64,000 nucleotides of DNA from Candidatus Thorarchaeota archaeon (GCA_016840855.1 JAEORO010000056.1:74-64073), one strand, 5' to 3'; positions 37,478 to 47,849 are shown, numbered from the stretch's first letter. Program-made: numbers and translations. Notes: a model not told the origin generated them from the sequence alone.

Positions 37478-38800
37478 CTAAATCATTAATGACATTAAAA
37501 ATAACCAACCAGTACCGATGAGTAAGTGAATTAGTGCCAAAGGAGTTGCGATTTTCAAGAAATCCTTGAAGCTGATTCTATCATGTTCTTCTTCAGACAA
37601 TGCCATAGCTAGTATATTGGCTGGAGCACCAATAGGTAAAATGTATCCACCCACATTTACAGCAAATACTAAGATTGCTGGGAAGACTGGTGATGTTGCA
37701 GCAAGGGTTGCGGCAATGGGTGCAAGAACAACTGATACGGGTATGTTATCAATAATAGATGAGAGAAGAGCTGGAACCCAAACGAGAAACGCTACTGCTG
37801 TTCCAGTATTGTCTGATACAATCGTATTCACAGCCACACCGATATCATCAATGAATCCAACTATACCCAAAGCTCCGACGAGTCCGAAAATTCCAATTAA
37901 GAAAAATACTGTGTTCCAATTGATTTTTGATAATATGTCCTCTACTCTTTCTCGAGTCATCAACAGAACAAAGAACGCTACAACAATTGAAACTAGAGAT
38001 GGTTCAAGACCAGAACCTTGGCCCCATGTGAATGCTAAAACAAGAATTCCAATAGCAATCAGAGAGAGGTAGAAATCATTTCTCGACCTAATCATGTGTA
38101 CAGGTGAAACCACAAAGACTTCATCAATTATCTCCTCATCAGAATCTGGAAGTTTGTCTTTGAACATCCTATAAAATAAAGGCAATGAGATTAGCAGCAG
38201 CATAATAGACAGAGGCATCATTGTCACAAACAAAATGGATGCATCAAAACCAGTCACGCCTTCTTCCACTATCTTGTTCGCAATCACAAGGTTTGGTACT
38301 GCGCCTACTATTGATGGAATCGATGCAAAATTAGCAACAATAGCTTCTGCTATTAGAAACGGTTTGAAATCAATCTCGAGTGCATTACAGACCTCTATTG
38401 TTAGTGGGCCCATAATCAATATTGTAGAAGTGGTATCAAAAACCAGAGATATCACAAACACGAATACGATGAATACTGTGAATAGACGCTTTGTATTCCC
38501 ACCAGAAGGCTTGACAAGTGTCAGGGCAATATATTGGAACATTCCTGAGTTGCGTGCCACAGAAACGATACCCATCATTGCAATCAGGAAGAGTATAGTA
38601 CCCCACTCGATGTGTTCAACAAGAGTGGAAAATGCAGCTCCCATTGTTCCTGCAGAGCTCGCAAAAGCCAACCAAAGGACCAGTCCTACGAGTCCCATGC
38701 CTACCATGGACATTGCGGCTCGATTCACTCTCTCACTTGAGATCATGAGGTATGTTCCAATGAAGACTAGTAACACAAGTGTACCAACTGGTTCCTGCAT
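37478..38800 (-). CDS. ArsB/NhaD-superfamily (CitMHS-type) anion permease, copy 1
   Basis: About 12 TM helices. Strong similarity to the adjacent gene (e.g. EIDFKPFL..EAIV.NF.SIPS.VGAVPNLVIA). Confidence 0.7.
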   Translation of the reverse strand: MQEPVGTLVLLVFIGTYLMISSERVNRAAMSMVGMGLVGLVLWLAFASSAGTMGAAFSTLVEHIEWGTILFLIAMMGIVSVARNSGMFQYIALTLVKPSGGNTKRLFTVFIVFVFVISLVFDTTSTILIMGPLTIEVCNALEIDFKPFLIAEAIVANFASIPSIVGAVPNLVIANKIVEEGVTGFDASILFVTMMPLSIMLLLISLPLFYRMFKDKLPDSDEEIIDEVFVVSPVHMIRSRNDFYLSLIAIGILVLAFTWGQGSGLEPSLVSIVVAFFVLLMTRERVEDILSKINWNTVFFLIGIFGLVGALGIVGFIDDIGVAVNTIVSDNTGTAVAFLVWVPALLSSIIDNIPVSVVLAPIAATLAATSPVFPAILVFAVNVGGYILPIGAPANILAMALSEEEHDRISFKDFLKIATPLALIHLLIGTGWLFLMSLMI

Positions 38801-38915
38801 TGTCTATTTCTCTATCATTTACTTATGGCCATCTTTGTTTCTATAATACGGGTACATTACTTTATTCCTACTAGACCAAGTTGGAAAAAATGAAACGACC
38901 TTGGTATCTACAGTT

Positions 38916-40301
38916 TCAGATGCCAAATAGAAACTGAAGGAGAACGAGATAACCACTACCTATGGCCAAATGAATCACCCCAAGAATTGTACCAATCTTT
39001 ACGAACTCCATGAACGGAATGGGGTCATGCTGTTGCTCTGAAAGACCAATAGCCACCATATTAGCTGGTGATCCTAAAGGTGTAAAGATGTATCCTCCTA
39101 TGTTCACTGCAAAAACCAAAGCTAATGGATTCCCAAATCGAACCGCAATAGGAGCAAGAACCAACGATACTGGCAGATTGTCAAGGAATGCTGATAGCAT
39201 AGCAGGAATCCAAACAAGAAAGACTGTAGCGAAAACTGTGCCTTCTGTGATTACTCCTGCAACCGCATTTCCTAAGGCATCAATCAATTGTGTTATATCC
39301 AATGCACCTACAAGTCCAAAAAGACCTACTAAGAAGAAAACAGTGGGCCATCCAATTCTATTCAGGAATTCGTTCGCTCTTTCGTGAGCCAGTAGAAGCA
39401 GGAATCCTGCGATGAGGAGAGCAACCATTGCAGGTGTAAGTCCAAAAGCTGGACCAAGGGCAAAACCAATTACAAGAAACACTATTGCCCCAACTGAGAT
39501 ATTAAAGTCCCATCTATCCTTTATCATAGTTGATGGATCAATTGAGAAGACTGCATCTACGCGATGTTCATCTGTGGTTCCAAATGATGACCCATACCAT
39601 CTGAGAAAGATAGGTAGGCTGACTAAGAACAGGATTATTGAAAGGGGCATGAATGTCACAAATAAGAATCCAACATTCAGTCCTGTCTTACCAGCAATTA
39701 CAAGATTGGGGACAGCACCTACAACTGATGGAATTGAAGAAAAATTACACACTATTGCTTCTGACACGAGAAACGGTTTGAAATCTATCTCCAATGCTTT
39801 ACAAATCTCTATTGTGAGAGGCGCTGCAATTAGCATTGTTGATACTGTATCGAAAAATAGACTTATTCCTGATATGAAAACCATGAAGACTATGAAGAGC
39901 TGTTTGGGATCCCCCTCACTTCGAGCTGCTATTCTTAGTGCTATATATTGGAAGATGCCTGATGCTGCAGCAACTGAAACAATAATACTCATAGCAATAA
40001 TGAAAATGATTGTATCCCACTCAACATGATCTATGAGTTCAACAAAACCGACCCCAAGAGGGTTTCCTATTCTTTGACCTACATACAAAACAAACCCAAC
40101 TAAGGCCACTCCTAGAAGTGACATGGCTGTTCGATTTATTTTCTCAGTAGAGATTAGGACATAGCTCCCAATGAATATAACAAGGACTGCCATTGGTAAG
40201 TTCTGAAAGATAACCACAAGGATGAGTGAAGTTGCTACCATAATTGATATGAAAATTGTAGCAATGATTTCCCATCCAATCTTTCTCATGTCACCTGTCA
40301 C
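38916..40301 (-). CDS. ArsB/NhaD-superfamily (CitMHS-type) anion permease, copy 2
   Basis: Tandem paralog of 37478..38800. Confidence 0.7.
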   Translation of the reverse strand: MTGDMRKIGWEIIATIFISIMVATSLILVVIFQNLPMAVLVIFIGSYVLISTEKINRTAMSLLGVALVGFVLYVGQRIGNPLGVGFVELIDHVEWDTIIFIIAMSIIVSVAAASGIFQYIALRIAARSEGDPKQLFIVFMVFISGISLFFDTVSTMLIAAPLTIEICKALEIDFKPFLVSEAIVCNFSSIPSVVGAVPNLVIAGKTGLNVGFLFVTFMPLSIILFLVSLPIFLRWYGSSFGTTDEHRVDAVFSIDPSTMIKDRWDFNISVGAIVFLVIGFALGPAFGLTPAMVALLIAGFLLLLAHERANEFLNRIGWPTVFFLVGLFGLVGALDITQLIDALGNAVAGVITEGTVFATVFLVWIPAMLSAFLDNLPVSLVLAPIAVRFGNPLALVFAVNIGGYIFTPLGSPANMVAIGLSEQQHDPIPFMEFVKIGTILGVIHLAIGSGYLVLLQFLFGI

Positions 40302-40364
40302 TTCAGACTCGTAGTTTGGCCTGCCATTAAGACCATTTGTTCAGCCGGTTGTTTCTCTTACTCA

Positions 40365-41285
40365 TTAATGTGTCGAGTCTCTCTCGTGATGATAGATGGG
40401 GAGTCCAGCTGACAAATCGCCACTCACAAAATCATGAACTTGTGCATCAGATCCATCTAGGTCAATTACTGCTACTATATCTCTTACAAACGCATTCAAT
40501 TGCTTGGGATCTGGGCGTCCATACCCTAGTGGAACTGTGATAGCTGTAAGGTTATCCTTTGAAATCATGCTACGGATATGACTATGTCCTGATAATGAAA
40601 GCAGTACTCTCCCATCCTCTGTTATGATTCGTCCAGTACTTGCAGCTCCCATGAATGCACTATAGAAATCCCAAGGTAGTCTGTTCTTGTAGACTGTTAG
40701 TTCTGAGAATGGGAGATGATGAGAAACAAAAATCACATGTTTGCAATCTTCTGACAAGGAATTCAAATCATACTCGATTTTCTTATTGCACAACTCTGTG
40801 ACTTCTACATCATTGAATCCCCAGTCAAGTCGAAGAAGATCATACCATATTGCACCTCGATACTCTTTTTGTTCATAGTTCTTTAGTGGAATATCTAAAT
40901 CTGCACGTCTAAATGAATAATCATACCAACCAATACTTCCTACAAACGCATAGCTTTCCGAAGTAACTGGAGCATCAGGAAGATGTGAGAATCCGTTCTT
41001 CATGCACACCTCTCCGATAACTTTGGAATACTTCTCAAGAGAACTTGGTCCTCCCCCGTCTTCAAACCATATGTCATGATTGCCTGCAACAAATAGGTTG
41101 ATGCAGCCTTCAGTGTAAAGCTGAGCAAGAGTGTTTGAAAGAACATCCAGTCGATCACTGATATCGCCAGCAATAACAAAAACATCTGGATCAAGTTCTT
41201 CAACACGTTCCCTGACCCTTGTCAGAAGTAGTTCATCACTCCCGTCAGGTAATATGTGAAGGTCTGAAACTGCGGCAATTCTCAA
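40365..41285 (-). CDS. calcineurin-like metallophosphoesterase
   Basis: AAVSDLHI, GDISD, GNHD, SHH and GHSH motifs in canonical order. Confidence 0.8.
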   Translation of the reverse strand: MRIAAVSDLHILPDGSDELLLTRVRERVEELDPDVFVIAGDISDRLDVLSNTLAQLYTEGCINLFVAGNHDIWFEDGGGPSSLEKYSKVIGEVCMKNGFSHLPDAPVTSESYAFVGSIGWYDYSFRRADLDIPLKNYEQKEYRGAIWYDLLRLDWGFNDVEVTELCNKKIEYDLNSLSEDCKHVIFVSHHLPFSELTVYKNRLPWDFYSAFMGAASTGRIITEDGRVLLSLSGHSHIRSMISKDNLTAITVPLGYGRPDPKQLNAFVRDIVAVIDLDGSDAQVHDFVSGDLSAGLPIYHHERDSTH

Positions 41286-41412
41286 GCTCTCTCACGCACT
41301 TTGTGTGCGGAAGATTATCTCCCTTAAAAGAAATTAGTTGAACTACCAGACCAAATCCTTGATATTGTTATGTCATTGTACTCTCGAAAACTAGTCTATA
41401 GGACGTTTGCTA

Positions 41413-43062
41413 ATGACAAACCGTATTGTTGCTCAAGCATCAGAAGTTGTAGATCTCTCTCAGACTAAGACTATAGTTGATCAATCGGAGATTACTGATA
41501 CATATGCACTTTATCTTGATGATGAAAGTCACTCCTTCGATGGGTTGGCCGAAAAAATCATTTTTCCCTCAACAGAAGCAGAGATTGCCACAATCATAAA
41601 GAGTGCATATGAAAGTGGCACACCAGTCACAATTCAAGGTGGCAGAACAGGTCTAACTGGCGCAGCGGTTCCATTAGGTGGCATCGCATTAAATCTTGAG
41701 AAAATGAATCAGATATTATACATGAACTATGATGAATCAGAAGATATGTACTCGATAGCGGCACAAAGTGGTCTTACTCTTGAAGATCTTGTAGAAGCTA
41801 TTCAATCTAAAAGGCTCTCTAAACTCGAAGGGAACGGCACTACTGAACAGCAGAAGGCTCTAGAACGTTTCCTTGGAGAAGCTGACATGTTCACATTTCC
41901 AGTAGATCCTACCGAGATGAGTGCATGGCTAGGCGGTATTGTTGCTTGCAATGCTTCCGGAGCGAGAACATTCAAGTATGGTGCTGTGAGACCCTGGGTT
42001 CGTCATATCCGAGTTGTTCTGTCCAATGGAGATATTTTGGATATTGAGCGCGGAAAAGTAAAAGCTGACAATGGGAAATTTGTAATTGTGCACAGTGATG
42101 GGAATACAGCTGAAGTAACCGTCCCTACCTATACAATGCCAAAAACAAAGAATGCTGCAGGTCTGTTTGCAAAACCTGACATGGATTTAATCGATCTTTT
42201 TGTTGGGTCTGAAGGTATACTTGGTGTGATAACAGAAGTCGAGCTTGGTCTAGTCAAACTCGAAGAGAATATCATGACGGTAATGGCCTTTTTCCCCAGT
42301 ATAGATGATGCAGTCAATTTTGTATATGATGTTCGTGCTCCTGATTCTCCCATAAAAATGGACTTTTTGGAATATTTCGGACCACATGCTATTGAAATGA
42401 TAAAAGAAAAAGCTGGTTCAGCTGGCATTAAGGTACCTGCCATGAAAGACGATACAAGAGCAATCGTCTTCTTTGAATTCTCATTTACACCTGAAAACAT
42501 GGAAGAACTTGTCATGGGTCTTGAAGAGATTCTCATGAAAAACAATACTTCTTCTGAATCAAGCTGGGCTGGGATGGACCGTTCCGAACTTGCGAAGATG
42601 AAAACTGTTCGACACTTTGTTCCAGAAACAGTCAACGGGATAATTGCTCAGAGAAAGGCCCAGTACCCTGATGTTCACAAGATTGGCACTGACATGGCTG
42701 TGCCCAACGAAGCGATTAGAGATTATCTACACTACTACATTTCAACTCTTGATGCACAAGGAATGGAATATGTCATGTGGGGTCACATTGGTGATAACCA
42801 CATTCATGTCAATATGCTTCCTCGCAACAATGAAGAAGTGAAACAAGGCATGGATAACTACATGACCTTTGCCAAGAAAGCTATTGAATTGGGAGGGACA
42901 GTTGCTGCAGAACATGGTATTGGGAAACTTAAACGTGCATTCCTAGAAGTAATGTATGGCGAAAAGGGTATCGCAGAAATGCAAGCAGTGAAGAGATCCT
43001 TGGATTCAAAATGGCTGATCAACAGAGGTAACATGATTCCAGTACCTGTTGACATAGGCTAG
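41413..43062 (+). CDS. FAD-linked oxidase (GlcD/D-lactate dehydrogenase family)
   Basis: PCMH-type FAD-binding region (VTIQGGRTGLTGAAVP) and a C-terminal FAD-oxidase domain (GTVAAEHGIGKLK). Start taken at the first ATG after the TTG of the ORF track. Confidence 0.8.
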   Translation: MTNRIVAQASEVVDLSQTKTIVDQSEITDTYALYLDDESHSFDGLAEKIIFPSTEAEIATIIKSAYESGTPVTIQGGRTGLTGAAVPLGGIALNLEKMNQILYMNYDESEDMYSIAAQSGLTLEDLVEAIQSKRLSKLEGNGTTEQQKALERFLGEADMFTFPVDPTEMSAWLGGIVACNASGARTFKYGAVRPWVRHIRVVLSNGDILDIERGKVKADNGKFVIVHSDGNTAEVTVPTYTMPKTKNAAGLFAKPDMDLIDLFVGSEGILGVITEVELGLVKLEENIMTVMAFFPSIDDAVNFVYDVRAPDSPIKMDFLEYFGPHAIEMIKEKAGSAGIKVPAMKDDTRAIVFFEFSFTPENMEELVMGLEEILMKNNTSSESSWAGMDRSELAKMKTVRHFVPETVNGIIAQRKAQYPDVHKIGTDMAVPNEAIRDYLHYYISTLDAQGMEYVMWGHIGDNHIHVNMLPRNNEEVKQGMDNYMTFAKKAIELGGTVAAEHGIGKLKRAFLEVMYGEKGIAEMQAVKRSLDSKWLINRGNMIPVPVDIG

Positions 43063-43068
43063 TATTGC

Positions 43069-43344
43069 TTAGGTTTGAGCTCGGACCTCTGCTGCTGTCA
43101 TTTTTGCACAGAGGTCGGGCTCCTCCTCACACAGTTTCTTTAGGTCACGAACTCCAATTTGATACCAATATTCATGAAGTGCATCTTCAAGAGTCATCGA
43201 TTCATCTTTATGGCATCTTATGACCACATCTCTTATTCCTGATGTGAGTTCCTCGATTGAAGCCTTCCTAATTTTCACTCTACTCCAAAAGTCACAATTT
43301 TTCCCCCGGCATGGACCCTTGACCATCACGCAATATGACGCCAT
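43069..43344 (-). CDS. small Cys-containing protein, hypothetical
   Basis: 91 aa with N-terminal C..VKGPCRGKNC. No family recognised. Confidence 0.35.
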   Translation of the reverse strand: MASYCVMVKGPCRGKNCDFWSRVKIRKASIEELTSGIRDVVIRCHKDESMTLEDALHEYWYQIGVRDLKKLCEEEPDLCAKMTAAEVRAQT

Positions 43345-43473
43345 AAATTGACCTCGAACGAATTGGAGTGTGCGAAGTTATCCCTATCTTAAGGGTTGCC
43401 ATACAGACGTCCTTACCCTACACTTGAAAAAGGCTTGTCCATTTCAAACTCAAAACCGGCTGTGACAATAGAC

Positions 43474-43821
43474 ATGAACAACAAATCAAGCTCATCTGAT
43501 ATTGGCCCCAAAATAAAGAAGGAAAAAGAAACAGTTGAGAGAATGATTCGATTGTATTGTGAGAAGAAACATCGTAGCCAAGTTGGAGTTCTATGCCTTG
43601 AATGTCAGAATCTTTTGGAATACTCTCACCAAAGATTAGAACAATGCAGTTTCCAAGAGGACAAGCCAACCTGTCGGAAGTGCCCTGTCCATTGCTATAG
43701 ACCAACAATGCGTGATGAAATTCGACGTGTTATGCGGTTTTCAGGGCCACGACTTGCTTTGGTAGCGCCATTGGATTGGATTAGACATATAATTCACGAT
43801 AGGACTGACATTGAATCTTAA
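43474..43821 (+). CDS. nitrous-oxide-stimulated-promoter (YgbA-like) family Cys-rich protein
   Basis: ERMIRLYCEKKH...LCLECQNLLEYSHQRLEQCSFQEDKPTCRKCPVHCY matches the family by eye. Start taken at the internal ATG. Confidence 0.6.
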   Translation: MNNKSSSSDIGPKIKKEKETVERMIRLYCEKKHRSQVGVLCLECQNLLEYSHQRLEQCSFQEDKPTCRKCPVHCYRPTMRDEIRRVMRFSGPRLALVAPLDWIRHIIHDRTDIES

Positions 43822-43835
43822 TGAAAAATAGTGTG

Positions 43836-43866
43836 ACTGTGAGTGAAAACACTATGCACTCACAGT
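43836..43866. terminator. 10-bp stem hairpin between convergent genes
   Basis: ACTGTGAGTG-aaaacactatg-CACTCACAGT followed by TTT. A second pairing, ATAGTGT/ACACTAT, interleaves with it. Confidence 0.4.
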
Positions 43867-43882
43867 TTGAGAACCACCGATT

Positions 43883-45175
43883 CTATATGTATACAACCTC
43901 AACGAGATGTGCACTACAACTGATACACGGGTCATAGGCGCGAGCAATCATCTCAAATTGAAGTTCGATATTATCGCGCTTGCTCTTTGCGAGTAAATGT
44001 TCGCCCCCACAGCGTATGAAAGCCTCGATATCGTCAAGGAACATAGCTGTTGGAGTAATAAAGTCCGCCGCTTTGATTTTACCATCCTTGACTTCGTAAT
44101 GGTGGATTAATGTACCACGAGGTGCTTCCACCGCTCCAGTACCAATCCCTGTTTCCTGTGTTGGTTGTGCTATTGTTGCATTATCACTAATGAGAAGTTG
44201 ATTTACAGTTTCGATGATGCCCTCGAGAGAATATATTTGTTCAATTGCCTGCGCATGATTGTTGAATAGTGGATTACGGTACCATCGATCTGTGACTAAC
44301 TTGTCGTAAGCTTGTTTGGCCTTGCCCTTGAGTCGTTCGCCAAGAAGAAGAATGCGTGCAAGAGCACCGACTGTGAATGGTTTGTTATTATACTGGCTGC
44401 GTTTGGCGAAACTATGACTCACCACTCGCTCTTTGATAACCCTCTTGTAATTCTCAATAGGATGTTCCTCACCATCAGAGGTCACTAAAATATCGCCATA
44501 ATAACCATACTCATCACCTAGAGGTTTACAACATAGGAATTGGGTTTCTCGCTCCATATGGTCTGGGATTTTTAGACCTCCAAGAAGGTCAATAGTCGCT
44601 ACCGCAAAGTCTAGGAGCTTGATCGCCTCTTCTTTAATTTCTGTGAGGGTTTCTTTTGAAGGAAGCCTACTGAATCCTCCAATAATTGGATTTTCACCAT
44701 GAATCATCCGGCCTCCCATAATTCGCATTACCTTGTTTCCAAACTTCTTGAGCTGCAAAGCTTTTGTCACAGCATCACCATATTTGTCGGCCATTGCAAC
44801 AGCATTGTCATAACCCAGAAAGTCAGGTAATGCTAAGAAGTAGATATGCAGACTATGACTCTCAATCATCTCACCATGATGCATCAACTCTCTATACAAT
44901 AGGGTGGTTGGATCAATATTCACACCAATTGCTTTTTCCAAGCCCCTGAGTGCCGCATACTTATGAGAGAGATTACAGATGGCGCATATTCGAGGAACAA
45001 TGCTTAGATCTTCTTGCGGCGTTTTTCCTACAACTAATTCTTCGAAGAGGCGAGGTCCCTCTAGGATGCGAACTTCGACATTACTGATCTTGTTGTCTTT
45101 GATTTCTACTTTAATACCACCATGGCCTTCTACTCTGGCTAGGGGTTCAATGGAGATCTTCTTCTTGTTAGACAT
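43883..45175 (-). CDS. hydA: [NiFe] hydrogenase large (alpha) subunit, group 3b sulfhydrogenase type
   Basis: N-terminal RICAICNLSH and C-terminal DPCISCSAH Ni-Fe ligand motifs. About 430 aa. Last gene of a beta-gamma-delta-alpha operon. Confidence 0.85.
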   Translation of the reverse strand: MSNKKKISIEPLARVEGHGGIKVEIKDNKISNVEVRILEGPRLFEELVVGKTPQEDLSIVPRICAICNLSHKYAALRGLEKAIGVNIDPTTLLYRELMHHGEMIESHSLHIYFLALPDFLGYDNAVAMADKYGDAVTKALQLKKFGNKVMRIMGGRMIHGENPIIGGFSRLPSKETLTEIKEEAIKLLDFAVATIDLLGGLKIPDHMERETQFLCCKPLGDEYGYYGDILVTSDGEEHPIENYKRVIKERVVSHSFAKRSQYNNKPFTVGALARILLLGERLKGKAKQAYDKLVTDRWYRNPLFNNHAQAIEQIYSLEGIIETVNQLLISDNATIAQPTQETGIGTGAVEAPRGTLIHHYEVKDGKIKAADFITPTAMFLDDIEAFIRCGGEHLLAKSKRDNIELQFEMIARAYDPCISCSAHLVEVVYI

Positions 45176-45176
45176 T

Positions 45177-45953
45177 TCATTTACCTCCGTCTTCGATGAA
45201 TTTTATTATCTTGGAACCTCCGAATCCTCTGATTCGACGTACAATTTCCTCTTTGGTCATTCCAAAGCTCTCCAAAAGCTTGATGTGCTGACTGAAATTG
45301 CCATCTTCATTTGGACCCCAGCAACCCACACATGGAAGCCCATGATTAGGACAAGCTGATCCACATCCTCCCAGAGTGAGGGGTCCAATACAGAATTTAT
45401 CATCAAGAAGCAAGCATCGATTTTCATTAAGCTTGCACTCATGACATACTGGGTGTGGATAAGGTTCAGGAGCTGCTTCGTGGATTAATCTAGATATTAA
45501 TGCAAAAGTCTGAGGTTGACTTATTGGACACCCTGGAAGATAGTAGTCGACATCAACATATGCATCAATGGGTTTTGCTTCCAGAGGTTTAGATACGAAC
45601 TCAACACCTTCTCCATATACTTTCTTCAATCGTTTCTCGTACCCACCATCACCTGTGTACATAGCTTGAGGACCACCATTGACTGCACAGTTGCCAATCG
45701 CTACGAGTATCTTCGCTCGCTCTCTGATTTCATGGAGATGCTCTTTTTCTTCATCTGTGCTAATACTGCCCTCAACAAATGCGACGTCTAAGGCCTCCTC
45801 AATCGGATTGCTTGAAGCCATGACAAAAGATTGAATGGTTGTAGCTCCGAATAGATTGAGAATTTCATCTTCTGTGTGGATGATTAAGAGCTGGTCTCCT
45901 GCACAACCTGTAAATCCATAGATACCAATCCTTGGTTTGTCTGCTGCTGTCAT
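45177..45953 (-). CDS. hydD: [NiFe] hydrogenase small (delta) subunit
   Basis: GFTGCAGD at the N-terminus and multiple Cys clusters (GCGSACP, LPCVGCWGP). Confidence 0.8.
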   Translation of the reverse strand: MTAADKPRIGIYGFTGCAGDQLLIIHTEDEILNLFGATTIQSFVMASSNPIEEALDVAFVEGSISTDEEKEHLHEIRERAKILVAIGNCAVNGGPQAMYTGDGGYEKRLKKVYGEGVEFVSKPLEAKPIDAYVDVDYYLPGCPISQPQTFALISRLIHEAAPEPYPHPVCHECKLNENRCLLLDDKFCIGPLTLGGCGSACPNHGLPCVGCWGPNEDGNFSQHIKLLESFGMTKEEIVRRIRGFGGSKIIKFIEDGGK

Positions 45954-45954
45954 C

Positions 45955-46803
45955 TTAGATCAACTCCCTGAAATGCAGTGTATCCCAGTATGTGAATACT
46001 GGTCCATCCATACATGTATAGAGATGCTCAATAGCACAATGTCCGCACTTACCAATTCCACACTTCATTCGTCTCTCAAGGGAGAGCTGAATCTGATTCT
46101 TTGGTATCTTGAGTTTCAGAAACTCATCGATGACAAATTTGTACATGACTGGTGGGCCAACAACAACAGCATTGGTTTCCTTTGGGTCTATCTCTGGAAG
46201 ATTCTTGAAGAGTTTTGTCACAAGACCAACATTTTCAGTCCAATCTTTATCTGGCTTGTCGACCGTATAGAAACACTCAACGTCCTCGCGTTTTTTAATC
46301 TGGAAGAATTCAGTCTTAAACAGAAACTCATCGGGATTTTTGGATCCGTACAAGAAGAAGATACGGTTGAACATGTCACGATTATCTAGGGCATAGTAAA
46401 GAATGGACCGCAAAGGTATGACTCCCAAGCCACCCGCAACAATGATGAGATCTTTGTTAAACATCTGGTCCAATTTGAATCCGTTTCCATAAGGTCCGCG
46501 TATATAGATGACATCATTGTCACTTTTCTGGAACAGGGCTCTGGTTAGTTTTCCCACATTCCTAATACCAAACTCAAGGATGCCTGGACGGCTAGGAGTA
46601 GATGAAATAGAAAATGGAGCTTCCCCGATACCCGGGATTGACATCATTATAAACTGACCAGGGCTATAGGTAAATGACATAGCTTTTTTCATGTCAATAT
46701 GTCTAACCTGAAAGAATCTATGACCTTTAATCAGATCGTAATGCCTTACGATTCTAGCAGCTTTTGGTTTGAATGGGTTCTCAATTGTTTCAATCAAATT
46801 CAT
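45955..46803 (-). CDS. hydG: sulfhydrogenase gamma subunit (FAD/NAD(P)-binding, 2Fe-2S; AsrB-like)
   Basis: Ferredoxin-reductase-type fold with C-terminal CGIGKCGHC. Start set at MNLIETIE, giving an ATGA overlap with the upstream stop. Confidence 0.8.
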   Translation of the reverse strand: MNLIETIENPFKPKAARIVRHYDLIKGHRFFQVRHIDMKKAMSFTYSPGQFIMMSIPGIGEAPFSISSTPSRPGILEFGIRNVGKLTRALFQKSDNDVIYIRGPYGNGFKLDQMFNKDLIIVAGGLGVIPLRSILYYALDNRDMFNRIFFLYGSKNPDEFLFKTEFFQIKKREDVECFYTVDKPDKDWTENVGLVTKLFKNLPEIDPKETNAVVVGPPVMYKFVIDEFLKLKIPKNQIQLSLERRMKCGIGKCGHCAIEHLYTCMDGPVFTYWDTLHFRELI

Positions 46804-47849
46804 TGCTTTGGCACCTCCTTTGTTGTCAAAGCTTCTGAAACAGTTAATACATTGATATCCACTGGGCACGAGTCCACGCATCGGCCACAGCCAATACATC
46901 CAGGGCGTCCATAATCAACACCGAAAGTCTTCAGTTTGTGACCGTACCATAACCTTAGACGTTCTGCACGCGAAGCACGGAAATTATGTCCTCCCGCAAC
47001 AAGGCTGTAATCCACAAACATGCAACTATCCCATCTCCTATCGCGACGCCCAGTGGTTTCATTTGTCACATCAAAAACATCTACAACATTGTAGCAATTG
47101 CATGTGGGACAAACCATAGAACACTGACCACATGAGAGACATTTCTCGCCAAAGTTCTCCCAAACTTCACTATCGTGGCTTAGTTCCATTATATCTGGCA
47201 TACTATCGAACTCGAAGCTCTTCTTGAACATCTTATTCCGTTTCTGACGCCACTCCACATACATCTGGATGTCTTCATGTGTTACATTATCATCGAAGAA
47301 CTCCTCTCTCTCATATATCATGTCATACCCAAGACTTGACCCTACCCAAACTAGATAGAAATCTCCTAAATCCACGAAGAACAGATCAAACCCCTCTTCC
47401 ACTATATCAGTATCAGTAGAGTGACAGAGGTGATTCTCTAACGGTAGACATGAAAATCCTATAATGGCTGTGTTCTTTCTAAGACCAGTGTAATATGGGT
47501 CTGCGGGTTCTCTCATGAAAACATCATCTAGCCTGAGAAGACTATGTATCTCACAAGGATGAACTCCCAGCACCACTCTCTTCTCAATTACAGAATAGTC
47601 TGGATTGAAACCTGTCCCATCAAAATGCATCATAGTGAACTGCATTGGATGAAAGAGTTTCTTGATCGGAATCATGGGGTGCTTGTCTGTTATGATCAAT
47701 TCTGAAATATTCTCGAGACGATCATAGGACAGCACACCATTCTTCTGTTTGGGTCCATATAGGCTACCAAACTTGTCCAGACTCTCGAGAAAAACCTCGA
47801 GAAACTTCGACTGCATTTTCAATATGCGCATTTGCGGCACCCTGTCCAT
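46800..47849 (-). CDS. hydB: sulfhydrogenase beta subunit (4Fe-4S; AsrA-like)
   Basis: CLSCGQCSMVCPTCNC and CIGCGRCVDSCP clusters. First gene of the operon. Confidence 0.75.
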   Translation of the reverse strand: MDRVPQMRILKMQSKFLEVFLESLDKFGSLYGPKQKNGVLSYDRLENISELIITDKHPMIPIKKLFHPMQFTMMHFDGTGFNPDYSVIEKRVVLGVHPCEIHSLLRLDDVFMREPADPYYTGLRKNTAIIGFSCLPLENHLCHSTDTDIVEEGFDLFFVDLGDFYLVWVGSSLGYDMIYEREEFFDDNVTHEDIQMYVEWRQKRNKMFKKSFEFDSMPDIMELSHDSEVWENFGEKCLSCGQCSMVCPTCNCYNVVDVFDVTNETTGRRDRRWDSCMFVDYSLVAGGHNFRASRAERLRLWYGHKLKTFGVDYGRPGCIGCGRCVDSCPVDINVLTVSEALTTKEVPKQ

